DNA from: an uncultured Acidimicrobiaceae bacterium | GTDB taxonomy: Bacteria; Actinomycetota; Acidimicrobiia; Spongiisociales; UBA5794 | Length of the DNA stretch: 50,089 nucleotides | Direction: 5' to 3' | Assembly (NCBI GenBank): GCA_964579415.1 | Contig: CAZOGW010000005.1 | Location: 1 to 50,089 of the forward strand | Shown: piece by piece, positions 41,874 to 50,089 of the stretch | Numbering within the stretch: position 1 is the stretch's first letter | Layout: each line of letters starts with the position of its first letter | Notes under the pieces: generated by a model | What the model was told of the DNA's origin: nothing | What the model saw: only the letters and a program-made list of their open reading frames with translations | Databases searched by the model: none | Position numbers and translations under genes: made by a program

Positions 41874-42919
41874 GGCACGCCAATCGGGCCGGGATCGGTG
41901 ATGCCGGAGCGCCAGAGGTTCCACCATGCGGCGACGGCGTCGTCGAGCCGGGCGGCATCATCGGCAGCCAGCCACGACGCGACGATGGCCTGCCGGGTAA
42001 GGGTGGCGGCGGTCTCGGGACCGTCCCCGAACAGCTCGCTCACCTGGCGCAGCTCGCCGGCGAGGTCGCAGTGGAAGAAGGCGGGGTCGTCGGTGCTGAT
42101 GGTGACGAGCGCCCCGGCGTCGAGGAGCGTGCCGACCGGATGAGACTCCCACGATGCTGCCACCCCGGTGCGGAGGTTAGAGGTGGGGCACACCTCCAGC
42201 GGCACCTGGTCCCGCACCAGGCGGGCCAGTAACTCGGGATCCTCCACGGACCGGACACCGTGCCCTATCCGCTCCACGCCGAGGGCGTCGAGGGCGCCAC
42301 GGACGCTCTCCGGTCCCGCCGCCTCCCCGGCATGGGCGGTGAGACGCAGCCCGGCCGACTCCGCCCGGCGGTACACCGCGGCGAACGGCTCCGGAGGATG
42401 GCCCTGCTCGGAGCCGCCGATTGTGATGGCGACGATCCCCGCGTCCGCCATCGCGTCGATGGCCTCCTCGAGAACGGCGGCGCACCCGGCGGGCGACTTG
42501 TCCCGCACCAGATCGACGGTGAGCGCCACCTCTACGCCGTCTATGGAGTCGAGACCCTGCCGCACCGCCACCGCCATGTCGGCCAGGGCGAGCCCGTGGC
42601 GGGCGAAGTCCGACGGCGAGATCGACGCCTCGGCATAGACGATCCGCTGCTCCACCAACTCGGAGGCCACCGCCCTTCCCAGCGCGGCGAAATCCTCAGC
42701 CGTCCGCAGCCATCCGGTCATCCACCACCACGTCTCGATGAAGTGGGGGAAGTCGCGGTAGGAGAACATCCGCCGCATCGCATCGGCGTCGGGCACGGCC
42801 GGGTCGCCTCCGTAGGCCGTCACCCGCTCCCACAGCAGACGGTGCGGGATCGCCCCCTCGATGTGCAGGTGTAACTCGACCTTGGGGCACAGGTCGTAGA
42901 CGGTCGGCGCGTGCGGCAT
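41867..42919 (-). CDS. add: adenosine deaminase family protein
   Basis: PKVELHLHIEGA, a HAGE motif (LTAHAGEA), and SISTDDP-type (TISTDDPAFF). I prefer the ATG at 42919. Confidence 0.85.
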   Translation of the reverse strand: MPHAPTVYDLCPKVELHLHIEGAIPHRLLWERVTAYGGDPAVPDADAMRRMFSYRDFPHFIETWWWMTGWLRTAEDFAALGRAVASELVEQRIVYAEASISPSDFARHGLALADMAVAVRQGLDSIDGVEVALTVDLVRDKSPAGCAAVLEEAIDAMADAGIVAITIGGSEQGHPPEPFAAVYRRAESAGLRLTAHAGEAAGPESVRGALDALGVERIGHGVRSVEDPELLARLVRDQVPLEVCPTSNLRTGVAASWESHPVGTLLDAGALVTISTDDPAFFHCDLAGELRQVSELFGDGPETAATLTRQAIVASWLAADDAARLDDAVAAWWNLWRSGITDPGPIGVPW

Positions 42920-43060
42920 CCGGCGCAGACTAGGTGTGATGGCACCGGTCTCCGTCGGGCGCTCGGACAGCGGGTCGACCGGTGGCGGGGCCAGCCACAA
43001 GGGGATGTCTGCTTGACCGGCGACGGTCCTACGCTGCGGGCCGACCGACCCTGGAGTGTG

Positions 43061-43387
43061 ATGGAGCTTCACCGCTACACCGATGCGCCGAGCTTCCCGT
43101 TCGGACACCTCACCGTGCGCGACATGACGCCGGAGGGCTTCGACCGGTTGGCCCTCGCCGAGATCGAGGTCCCCATCGGGGCCGACAACCCGCCGTACGC
43201 GGCCACCGGCAACGACAAGATCTACGTCGGGATCACCGGCGATATCGAGTTCGTCGTCGGCGAGGAGACGGCGCGGCTACGGCGGGGCGACGTGCTCGTC
43301 ATCCGTGCCGGTGACCGCTTCTCGTACCACAACGGCGGCTACGAGACCGGCCGCCTACTCGTGATCCAGGTCCCGGCCACCGCGTAA
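43061..43387 (+). CDS. cupin-domain protein
   Basis: 108 aa. Beta-rich, with G.D.IYVG.TGDIEF...RRGDVLVI.AG. GGAG lies upstream of the ATG. Confidence 0.65.
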   Translation: MELHRYTDAPSFPFGHLTVRDMTPEGFDRLALAEIEVPIGADNPPYAATGNDKIYVGITGDIEFVVGEETARLRRGDVLVIRAGDRFSYHNGGYETGRLLVIQVPATA

Positions 43388-43405
43388 GGCGTCGCTCGAC
43401 TCCTG

Positions 43406-44710
43406 CTACGCCCCCACGGTGCAGCCGAGGACGTCGATGAATCCCTGGGTGTCGCTGACGTATTCCCACACCGTGATCCAAGAGCCCTCGTAGTAGATCC
43501 CGCTGGTGATCAGCTCCATCCGTCCGTCGTGGTTGACGTCGGCAAAGCCGGTGATGCCGGGCCGCACCAGCAGGCTCTCGGTACCACCGCCCGAGTCGGG
43601 GATCACCGAGATCTCGAGCAGGAGTAACTCCTCCTCGCCCTGGATCTCCTTGAGCACGTAGATCACCCCGTAGGACCCCGGGGCTGCGTCGATGAGCGAT
43701 CTCCCCTCGTTGTGGAAGGCCGCCACCGCGGTGTCGGTGACACCGTCGCCGTCGATGTCGGTCTGAATCACCTGGGTGATCTCCACCACAGGGTCGGCGA
43801 TGTCGGAGGCGAGCAGTTCCCGGGTCCGCTCGACGAGGTTGGCGTCGTTGATGTTGCCGTTGCTGACGGCACGGGGAAACAGGTTGCCCGACGTCTGCAC
43901 CGCGACACCGCCGGTGTCGCCGGGCGGCTGCGGGGTGAGGGGCACACGCCAGTGGCTCGACGGCGCCGACTCCTGCACCGGAGCACCGCCGGTGACCGTC
44001 GACGGTGAGGACCCGATCCCGATGCTCTGGTAGCTCTCGCCGCCGGACACGGGTAAGGAGGAGGCGTTGGTGGCGCGCTGCCAGCCGCCCTCCCACCATC
44101 CGGCGACGCACAGGTTTCCTGCCACCGTCATGGTGTCGGAGCCGGCCGGCTGCGTGGTGGTCGTCTCCGCCGTGGTGGTGGTGGTGGGAGCCAGCGTGGT
44201 GGTGGTCGTGGTCGCCTCCGTGGTCGAGGTGGTGGCCTCGATGGTGGTGGATGTCACCTCGGTGGTCGTCGTCGGCGCTGCGGTGGTCGTGGTGTCTCCC
44301 GGGATGGTGGTGGTGGTGGTGGACACCGGCACGTCGTCGCCGTCACGGGTGAGCAGGTAGATCAAGAGGCCGATGAGGGCGACCGTCAGGAGCACGATGA
44401 TGGTGATCAGGGTGTTGCGGGTGCGCTGGGAGTCGCCGTCGTCCCCGTCGCCGGGACCGCCCGTCGGTGGCGGGTAATCGGGGGGCAGCCCGCCGGGCGG
44501 GATGGCCGGCATGAGCTGGGTGGCATCCTCGTCCATGGCCCAGGGAGGGGCTTCAGGCGGTGGGGCGGGGACCTGTTCGGGGACCGGGGGAGGCGTGGTC
44601 GGCGTGCCGTCTCCGGCCTTCGCTGTCGCCGCGGTGGGCTCATCGATGGGTGGCGGTTCGACCGGCCCCTCAGAGTTGGGGGGCCCGTCCGGTGGGTTCG
44701 TCATCAACAC
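43406..44710 (-). CDS. single-pass membrane protein: Pro-rich N-terminus, TM helix, Thr-rich linker, FG-GAP/VCBS-like C-terminal domain
   Basis: TM helix LITIIVLLTVALIGLLIYLL. A roughly 70-aa linker dominated by Thr. DIDGDGVTD and DVNHDGRMEL resemble Ca-binding loops. Confidence 0.65.
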   Translation of the reverse strand: MLMTNPPDGPPNSEGPVEPPPIDEPTAATAKAGDGTPTTPPPVPEQVPAPPPEAPPWAMDEDATQLMPAIPPGGLPPDYPPPTGGPGDGDDGDSQRTRNTLITIIVLLTVALIGLLIYLLTRDGDDVPVSTTTTTIPGDTTTTAAPTTTTEVTSTTIEATTSTTEATTTTTTLAPTTTTTAETTTTQPAGSDTMTVAGNLCVAGWWEGGWQRATNASSLPVSGGESYQSIGIGSSPSTVTGGAPVQESAPSSHWRVPLTPQPPGDTGGVAVQTSGNLFPRAVSNGNINDANLVERTRELLASDIADPVVEITQVIQTDIDGDGVTDTAVAAFHNEGRSLIDAAPGSYGVIYVLKEIQGEEELLLLEISVIPDSGGGTESLLVRPGITGFADVNHDGRMELITSGIYYEGSWITVWEYVSDTQGFIDVLGCTVGA

Positions 44711-44788
44711 GCCTTTCGGGCGACGCGCGGGTGCCGACAGGATACGTCGTCACCGCCTCGACTCGCGGCAACGTCCGCTACGCGGGGC

Positions 44789-45460
44789 TCAGGCGGCGGG
44801 AAGGACGTGCCGGTAGATGGTGGCGAAGTGGATCGCCGAGGCGGTGACCACCAGCACGTGGAACGCTTCGTGGTACGAGAAGACGCGAGGCCACAACCGG
44901 GGCCGGTTGGTGACCAGCATCACCATGCCCACGGTGTAGAGGATCCCGCCCGTGGCGAGGAGAGCCACCGCGATGCCGCCGGCAGAGTGGGCGACCGGCC
45001 ACATGATGATCACCGCCAGCCACCCCAGCGTTGTCGACAGGGCGACGCTGAACGTGTTCTTGTCCCGGGGGAACCATGCCTGCTGAGCGACGCCGATGGC
45101 GGTCAGCAACCACACCGTGACCAGGACGGCGACACGGAGCCCGCCGTCGAGGGCGGCGACCGCAATCGGCGTGTAAGTGGAGGCGACCAACACGTAGATC
45201 ATGGAGTGGTCGGCGCGCTGCATGCGCTTCTTCCACAGGTTGCTCCAGGGCACGGAGTGATAGAGGGCGCTGGTGGAGTAGAGGGCCACCATGCCGAGGC
45301 CGAAGACGGCGGCGGCGATGCGCACCGGCCATGTCGGGGAGTGGGCCATGAGGTAGGCAGTCCCGATGACGGCCAGCACCGCCGCGGTGCCGTGGAGGAA
45401 TCCCCGCACCGGGTTCTGCATGCGTCCCAGCGTTGCCCGTTCGATCGGATCGAGTGCCAT
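44789..45460 (-). CDS. hemolysin III / PAQR family membrane protein
   Basis: Seven TM helices with HGTAAVL..., LYSTSALYHS, DHSMIY and FHVLV motifs. Confidence 0.85.
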   Translation of the reverse strand: MALDPIERATLGRMQNPVRGFLHGTAAVLAVIGTAYLMAHSPTWPVRIAAAVFGLGMVALYSTSALYHSVPWSNLWKKRMQRADHSMIYVLVASTYTPIAVAALDGGLRVAVLVTVWLLTAIGVAQQAWFPRDKNTFSVALSTTLGWLAVIIMWPVAHSAGGIAVALLATGGILYTVGMVMLVTNRPRLWPRVFSYHEAFHVLVVTASAIHFATIYRHVLPAA

Positions 45461-45689
45461 GCACTGAGGCTACCGGTGGGTGCGCGCTAACCGGCGAGGA
45501 ATCGCGCCGAATCGGCGCCACTTGGTAAACAACGGTAATCCGACATCAGGTCGGCTCGGGGAATGTGATCTGCCGCAGGCGAGGCAATGAGAGGAAGGTC
45601 CAGGCGGGAGTTTGGTCGAAGCAGGCGAAGACTTCTGACGGTTTGTGGCCAAATCTCGGCGAACTGCCCGCCGTCAGCGGAGTGGCTCG

Positions 45690-45729
45690 GGGGGCGTCGC
45701 CAGTCGGACTGCCGACGTGCGACGCCCCC
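45690..45729 (-). terminator. long GC hairpin about 110 nt downstream of the 129-aa gene
   Basis: Outer stem gggggcgtcgc ... gcgacgccccc enclosing an inner stem gtcgg-actg-ccgac. Confidence 0.45.
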
Positions 45730-45840
45730 TCACGCTCCGAACCGCCGGGGTCTCCTCATGCGGTGCGCCCCGAGGCCGCATTCGCGTATGCCCCTCTAGA
45801 CCGCGGCTCTGTGGTGGGAGTCGGTGCCTTGGATCGACCG

Positions 45841-46230
45841 TCAGGCGGAGCGGGCGATGCCCGCGTCGCGCAGGACGCCGGCAGGGACCCCGGCAGCGCG
45901 CCAGGCGGCATATGTGATGCCCTTACGCTGCGAGTACCCCTTCACCGCGCCGACGAAGCCCTCCTCGAGAGCGGCCAGGTCGTTGGCCGCGGAGACGGTC
46001 TTGAGTGCCTCTTCGGCGTCGAGACGCTGCTGGAGCAGGTCCACCTTCTTCAGCGGGTCGCTCTCGGTGCCGAGCCTGGCGTCCAACTTCTCGATGCGGG
46101 AGTTGACAGACTCGGTGGTGACGGGACGGCCCGGCCTACGATTGGCAAGTGCCTCGAGATAGGCCTTGATCGCTCGTGACTCCTTGCGACCCTGTGCCAG
46201 TGCGTTCTTGTGCTCCTGGGACATTGCCAT
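45841..46230 (-). CDS. conserved hypothetical protein (129 aa, helical, Lys/Glu-rich)
   Basis: GGAGG lies 10 nt upstream of the ATG. Coding-like composition. No recognisable motif. Confidence 0.65.
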   Translation of the reverse strand: MAMSQEHKNALAQGRKESRAIKAYLEALANRRPGRPVTTESVNSRIEKLDARLGTESDPLKKVDLLQQRLDAEEALKTVSAANDLAALEEGFVGAVKGYSQRKGITYAAWRAAGVPAGVLRDAGIARSA

Positions 46231-46322
46231 CTACTTAAACCTCCATGGGACGGGGACATACACATCTATCTTGCCACCACTGAAGCGTAATGCGAGATTC
46301 TGTATCAGAATGACTGACGTCG

Positions 46323-47102
46323 ATGGAACCTAAGCAACAGATCAAACGGTCGCTCTACAGCCTCTACGAACGGCGCATTCTTCGCTATCTCGACCGCTCG
46401 GCGCTTCCCCGGCACATCGGAGTGATCCACGACGGTCACCGGCGGTACGCCCGCAGCGAAAGGCTGCCCGACTATGCCTCCGGTTACAGGGTGGGAATGG
46501 ACAAGTTCATCGAGTTCCTCGGCTGGGCGGAGGAGTTGAGCATCCCTGCGATTACCTGCTGGTTGCTGTCCAAGGAGAACCTCAACCGCCCCGCAGCAGA
46601 ATTGGAGCCGTACTACGACGTTCTCATCGAGATGTTCGACCGGATACCCGACGCCGTGGGCGAGCCGGTCAAGGTCCGCTTCATCGGGAGCCTCACCGAG
46701 TTGCCCCCGCGACTGGTGGCGGCCGCCGAACGCCTCCAGGTGGCGTGCAGCACGGGGGATCGCCGGGTGACCATTGCGCTGGCCTACGGTGGTCGCCAGG
46801 AGATCGTGGACGCCGCCCGGGATCTGGTGGCGAAGCTGGCCGCCGACGGCGTGCCGGCCCTGGAGATCGCGGACGCCATCGATGCCGACGCCCTGGCCCG
46901 CCACCTCTACGCGGCGGACCTGCCTGACCCTGACCTGGTCATCCGAACCTCGGGTGAGGCGAGGCTCTCCGGATTCCTGCTGTGGCAGGCGGCGTACGCC
47001 GAATACTCCTTCGTCGACGTCTATTGGCCCGCCTTTCGCCGTGTCGACTTCCTCCGTGCCCTTCGGGATTACACCCAACGCGAGCGCCGCTTCGGCCGCT
47101 AG
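46323..47102 (+). CDS. cis-prenyltransferase (undecaprenyl / Z-isoprenyl diphosphate synthase family)
   Basis: PRHIGVIHDGHRRYA, WLLSKENLNRP, and IRTSGEARLSGFLLWQAAYAEY. It lies next to a hemolysin III gene, as for the short-chain Z-prenyl synthase in mycobacteria. Confidence 0.9.
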   Translation: MEPKQQIKRSLYSLYERRILRYLDRSALPRHIGVIHDGHRRYARSERLPDYASGYRVGMDKFIEFLGWAEELSIPAITCWLLSKENLNRPAAELEPYYDVLIEMFDRIPDAVGEPVKVRFIGSLTELPPRLVAAAERLQVACSTGDRRVTIALAYGGRQEIVDAARDLVAKLAADGVPALEIADAIDADALARHLYAADLPDPDLVIRTSGEARLSGFLLWQAAYAEYSFVDVYWPAFRRVDFLRALRDYTQRERRFGR

Positions 47103-47109
47103 CGGGGGG

Positions 47110-47130
47110 ACAGTATCCAGTAGCCAGTAG
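47110..47130. repeat. heptanucleotide tandem repeat, locus D (acagtat ccagtag ccagtag)
   Basis: Begins 8 nt after the prenyltransferase stop. Its reverse complement matches locus A at 21 of 22 positions. Confidence 0.8.
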
Positions 47131-47216
47131 CAGGACCAGCGCTCTTCAGGCTCTCGGTCCGATATCTGGCGCTGGTCACAGCAGAGGGCCGTGTCTCGGG
47201 TCGGGCCTGGGTCTTC

Positions 47217-47251
47217 GTACTGGATACGGGATACTGGATACGGGATACCCC
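47217..47251. repeat. heptanucleotide tandem repeat, locus E (gtactgg atacggg atactgg atacggg atacccc)
   Basis: Five heptads in the opposite orientation to locus D. A 17 of 20 inverted match to D is separated by 86 nt. Confidence 0.8.
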
Positions 47252-47270
47252 TGATCACCGAGGCGTCTTG

Positions 47271-47960
47271 TCATCGTGATCGTTCGTCCCTTGCAAGATG
47301 CTCCTGGTCGTTGAAGGAGCGCAGCGAGAAGACGTGCCCATCGGCGAGGGGGACGGTGCGCACCCGGGCGATGGAGGCATGGCCCAGCATGAAGCGCTCC
47401 CACTCCCACGGTGTCGGCTCTACGCCGAGAAGGTAGGTCAGCGCCACCGAATTGGTACCGCCGTGGGCGACGATGACGATGCGCCCCGCCCGGCCCTCGT
47501 CGCGCCACATGTGGGGGCGGCCCTGCCGGTCGGGAGTTACGCCGCGCTCGGCGAGGACGTGGCCCAGCAGGTCGGTGACGCGGACGTGGAAGTCACGGAA
47601 GGTCTCGCCTCCCGTCATGCCGTCCCACCACTGCTCCGGCGGTCGGCGTTGCGCCTCGATGAAGATGCGCTGGACGTGCTCCTCGGGCTGCTCACTCCAG
47701 TCGGGAAGACGCATCTCCACCAGGTCGTCGAGCGTGACCGGCGCCACTCCGGTTGCCCTCACCAGAGGCAGTGACGTCTCCTGGGAACGCACCGCAGGTG
47801 ACACCAGCAACTCCTCGATGGGGCGGGCGTCGGAACGGCTCAGGCGTCCCGCCACCCGCCCGGCCTGGACCTGCCCCAGCGGGGTCAGGCCCGGATCGTG
47901 CCGCGCCCGCCCGTCCACCGTCCACCGCGGTTGTCCATGCCGGATCAGCACGATCTCCAT
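47271..47960 (-). CDS. histidine phosphatase (phosphoglycerate-mutase-like) family protein
   Basis: MEIVLIRHGQPRW is the RHG catalytic motif, and VIVAHGGT is the second His motif. The ATG is at 47960. Confidence 0.85.
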   Translation of the reverse strand: MEIVLIRHGQPRWTVDGRARHDPGLTPLGQVQAGRVAGRLSRSDARPIEELLVSPAVRSQETSLPLVRATGVAPVTLDDLVEMRLPDWSEQPEEHVQRIFIEAQRRPPEQWWDGMTGGETFRDFHVRVTDLLGHVLAERGVTPDRQGRPHMWRDEGRAGRIVIVAHGGTNSVALTYLLGVEPTPWEWERFMLGHASIARVRTVPLADGHVFSLRSFNDQEHLARDERSR

Positions 47961-47964
47961 GCAG

Positions 47965-47999
47965 CGAGTATCCAGGATCCAGTAGCCGGTAGCCAATAC
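47965..47999. repeat. heptanucleotide tandem repeat, locus F (cgagtat ccaggat ccagtag ccggtag ccaatac)
   Basis: Five heptads that begin 4 nt from the phosphatase start codon, in the divergent gap toward pyrE. Confidence 0.8.
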
Positions 48000-48086
48000 C
48001 GGCCGCCCGGGCAACATCGGCGGGCTGTCTTGTCGCGGCGGCTCCACGAGCCGACCAGATCGTATGACCGAGTACCCTTCCGATCC

Positions 48087-48629
48087 ATGAGCCCGTCACC
48101 GCGCCAGGCGCTGATCGACCATCTCGCGGCGCACGCGGTACGCACCGACGGGCCCTTCGTGCTCAGCTCGGGGGCGGTGTCCTCCTGGTACATCGACGCC
48201 CGGCGCACCACCTTCGACGGCGCCGGGGCGGCCATCGTGGGCGCTGCCGTCGCCGAAGTCCTCCCCCGGGAGGCGACGGCGGTGGGTGGGCTGACGATGG
48301 GCGCCGACCCGGTGGCGGTGGCGACAGCGATGACTGTGGGCAACGGGCTCAAGGCTTTCTCCGTGCGGCGCACAGCCAAGACCCACGGCACCGGCGGTCG
48401 CGTCGTCGGCCCGATCGGCCCCGGCGACAAGGTCGTCCTGGTCGAGGACACCACCACCACCGGGGGATCGTTCACCGAGGCCGCCGAGGCGTTGGAAGCC
48501 GAAGGCATCGACGTGATCGCGGCAGTGGCCCTGGTCGACCGCAGCGAGGGAGCCGTCGCCGAGTTGATGCAGGGCCGGGGGACGCCCTACGTGGCGCTGG
48601 CCACCGCCACCGACCTGGGGGTGGGATGA
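48087..48629 (+). CDS. pyrE: orotate phosphoribosyltransferase
   Basis: FVLSSGAVSSWYID, and the PRPP loop VVLVEDTTTTGGS. Confidence 0.9.
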   Translation: MSPSPRQALIDHLAAHAVRTDGPFVLSSGAVSSWYIDARRTTFDGAGAAIVGAAVAEVLPREATAVGGLTMGADPVAVATAMTVGNGLKAFSVRRTAKTHGTGGRVVGPIGPGDKVVLVEDTTTTGGSFTEAAEALEAEGIDVIAAVALVDRSEGAVAELMQGRGTPYVALATATDLGVG

Positions 48630-48630
48630 G

Positions 48631-49338
48631 ATGAGCGCCCTGGTGTCGGTGCGCCGCTCGCCGATGCGCACCGTTCTCACCCTTCTCGCCGGGATCCTGT
48701 TGCTGCTGGCCGCCTACGACATCACCCGTGGCCATGTCATCTCCGGTTCACCCACCCGCCAGGATGTCCCAGAGGACCAGGTCGAGGTCAGCACCACACT
48801 CCCGCCACTCACCACCAAAGGCGAGAGCGAGCGCCGCACCGATCTGCTGTGGGGCACCGTGTTCGTCATGGCGGGCTTCGCGACCGTGGTCGGCGCCGTG
48901 GTGTCGCTGGCGCGGCGGCCGTCGCTGGTGGAGGTCGGCGAGGATTCTCTGCGCTTGAGGATCGCCGGTCCCGGGGCACTGGTGGCCATACCCTGGGAAC
49001 ATGTCGACTGGGTCCATTCCGGGGTCAGCGACGACGACGAGGCCACCCCGGCACGGGTGCTGCTGGTGCATGTCGACGATCCGGAGGACTACCCACGCTA
49101 CCCGTGGGGGGCCATCTGGGACGGGGCCACCCTGATGATGGACGCCGACTCGTGGAACATGCCGCCCGAGGATGTGGTCAACCATGCCCGCATCGCGCTG
49201 GGAGCCCATCGTCGTGAGGCCGAGGCCGCCGCCGAGGCGGGCATCCAGCTGGCGCTGGGCGACCAGGCACCGCCTCCGGTGGAGCACGCCGATGCCGGTA
49301 GCGAGGCTGAGCCGTTTCCGGAGGCCGATCCGGTGTGA
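48631..49338 (+). CDS. membrane protein, hypothetical
   Basis: Two TM helices ([35 protein letters not shown]) followed by an acidic cytoplasmic tail. Confidence 0.6.
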   Translation: MSALVSVRRSPMRTVLTLLAGILLLLAAYDITRGHVISGSPTRQDVPEDQVEVSTTLPPLTTKGESERRTDLLWGTVFVMAGFATVVGAVVSLARRPSLVEVGEDSLRLRIAGPGALVAIPWEHVDWVHSGVSDDDEATPARVLLVHVDDPEDYPRYPWGAIWDGATLMMDADSWNMPPEDVVNHARIALGAHRREAEAAAEAGIQLALGDQAPPPVEHADAGSEAEPFPEADPV

Positions 49339-50089
49339 TCGCCATCGGGGCGCATACCGGCGCCGCCGTCCCGCTTGTCGCCGCCGCCGAGCGGGACGCC
49401 GACCTGGTACAGATCTTTCTCTCCAACCCGCAGTCGTGGAAGAAGCCCGCCCCTCGGGCCGACGCCGAGGAGCTGCTCGCCTCCGAGCTCCCCATCTATG
49501 TCCACGCCCCGTACCTGATGAACCTGGCCTCGCCCAACAACCGCATCCGCATCCCCAGCCGCACCACCCTGCGTCATGCCGGCGAGGCGGCCGCGGCCAT
49601 CGGCGCAGCCGGGCTGATCGTCCATGGCGGCCACGTCGGTGACGACGAGGACATCGCCGTCGGCTACGACCGGTGGCGCAAAGCGCTGGAGGCGTACGAC
49701 GCCCCGGTGCCTGTCCTGGTCGAGAACACGGCAGGCGGGGGCAACGCCGTGGTCCGGGAGCTGGAGAGCTACGGCCCGCTGTGGGAGGCCATCGGCGATT
49801 TCGGTGTCGGCGCCTGCCTCGACACCTGCCATGCCTGGGCAGGCGGCAACGACCTGGCCGGCGCGATCGACGTCGTCACCGCCGCCACCGGCGGTGTCTC
49901 TCTGGTCCACTGCAACGACTCCCGGGATCCCATGGACAGCCGCCGCGATCGCCACGCCAACCTCGGCGCCGGGATGATCCCTCCGGATCTTCTCGTCCAC
50001 GTGGTCCGCTCTGCCGGAGCTCCCGTCGTGGTCGAGACTCCCGACGAGAACGAAGGCCAGAAGCGGGATATCGCCTGGTTAAGAACCGT
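49335..50089 (+). CDS. nfo: deoxyribonuclease IV / endonuclease IV (AP endonuclease family 2), 3'-partial at the window edge
   Basis: I translated this frame by hand, because it has no stop and so is absent from the ORF track. It reads VIAIGAHTG...[10 protein letters not shown]...[14 protein letters not shown]...GLIVHGG...VLVENTAGG...[10 protein letters not shown]...LVHCNDS. The GTG overlaps the upstream stop. Confidence 0.85.
   Translation, partial: MIAIGAHTGAAVPLVAAAERDADLVQIFLSNPQSWKKPAPRADAEELLASELPIYVHAPYLMNLASPNNRIRIPSRTTLRHAGEAAAAIGAAGLIVHGGHVGDDEDIAVGYDRWRKALEAYDAPVPVLVENTAGGGNAVVRELESYGPLWEAIGDFGVGACLDTCHAWAGGNDLAGAIDVVTAATGGVSLVHCNDSRDPMDSRRDRHANLGAGMIPPDLLVHVVRSAGAPVVVETPDENEGQKRDIAWLRT

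Noticed and set aside
44150-44330. GGT/GTG-rich near-tandem DNA as a non-coding microsatellite.
   Set aside because: It is the antisense image of ACC-rich codons that encode the Thr-rich linker of the 43406..44710 membrane protein. I report it as a coding low-complexity region instead.
45560-45640. RNase P or SRP RNA, considered because of GAGAGGAAGGTCCAGGCGGGAG.
   Set aside because: The resemblance to the RNase P P4 strand (GAGGAAAGUCCGGGC) or the SRP domain IV (GGUCCGGAAGGAAGC) is only superficial. The complementary P4 strand (ACAGAACCCGGCUUA-like) and the other conserved regions are absent on both strands.

Overview
GC-rich chromosomal segment that looks like Actinomycetota. Supporting marks are the crgA / class E sortase / glutamine amidotransferase cluster, an MhuD-type haem oxygenase, and SARP and ECF41-type regulators. 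All calls rest on reading the ORF translations and the DNA by eye; no database search or computation was run.

I support about 47 protein genes, one tRNA-Ala(UGC) and one frameshifted gene remnant. I saw no rRNA, CRISPR array, transposase or integrase.

Gene content, left to right:
- A roughly 9-kb block bracketed by two diverged paralogs of a small Cys-bearing ORF. It holds an ECF41/SigJ-like sigma factor, an epimerase, a 1704-aa SARP-pseudokinase-STAND-TM-beta-propeller protein and a lipoprotein hydrolase.
- A CMD/MocR pair, a GNAT, an alcohol dehydrogenase, a secreted LVIVD-repeat protein and HdeD.
- A second ECF sigma with a membrane partner, and mhuD.
- A LacI-controlled beta-glucoside ABC transporter with a GH3 enzyme.
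- A MacB-type ABC exporter with a peptidoglycan-binding adaptor and a lipoprotein, divergent from a two-component system.
- An accessory-looking stretch: XRE-nucleotidyltransferase cassette, Pnkp-like kinase remnant, NB-ARC/TPR STAND protein and a secreted lethal-factor-like metalloprotease.
- Core genes: tRNA-Ala, thiolase, crgA, sortase, amidotransferase, EamA, adenosine deaminase, hemolysin III, cis-prenyltransferase, histidine phosphatase, pyrE and nfo.

Most notable observations:
1. The giant multi-domain SARP-STAND protein.
2. A dispersed, strictly intergenic family of AT-richer heptanucleotide tandem repeats (TACTGGN / CCAGTAN). A 20-22-nt core recurs three times.
3. A 330-bp array of C-run/G-run hairpin repeats in one convergent gap.
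4. The XRE-NTase / STAND / metalloprotease stretch, with evidence of gene disruption.
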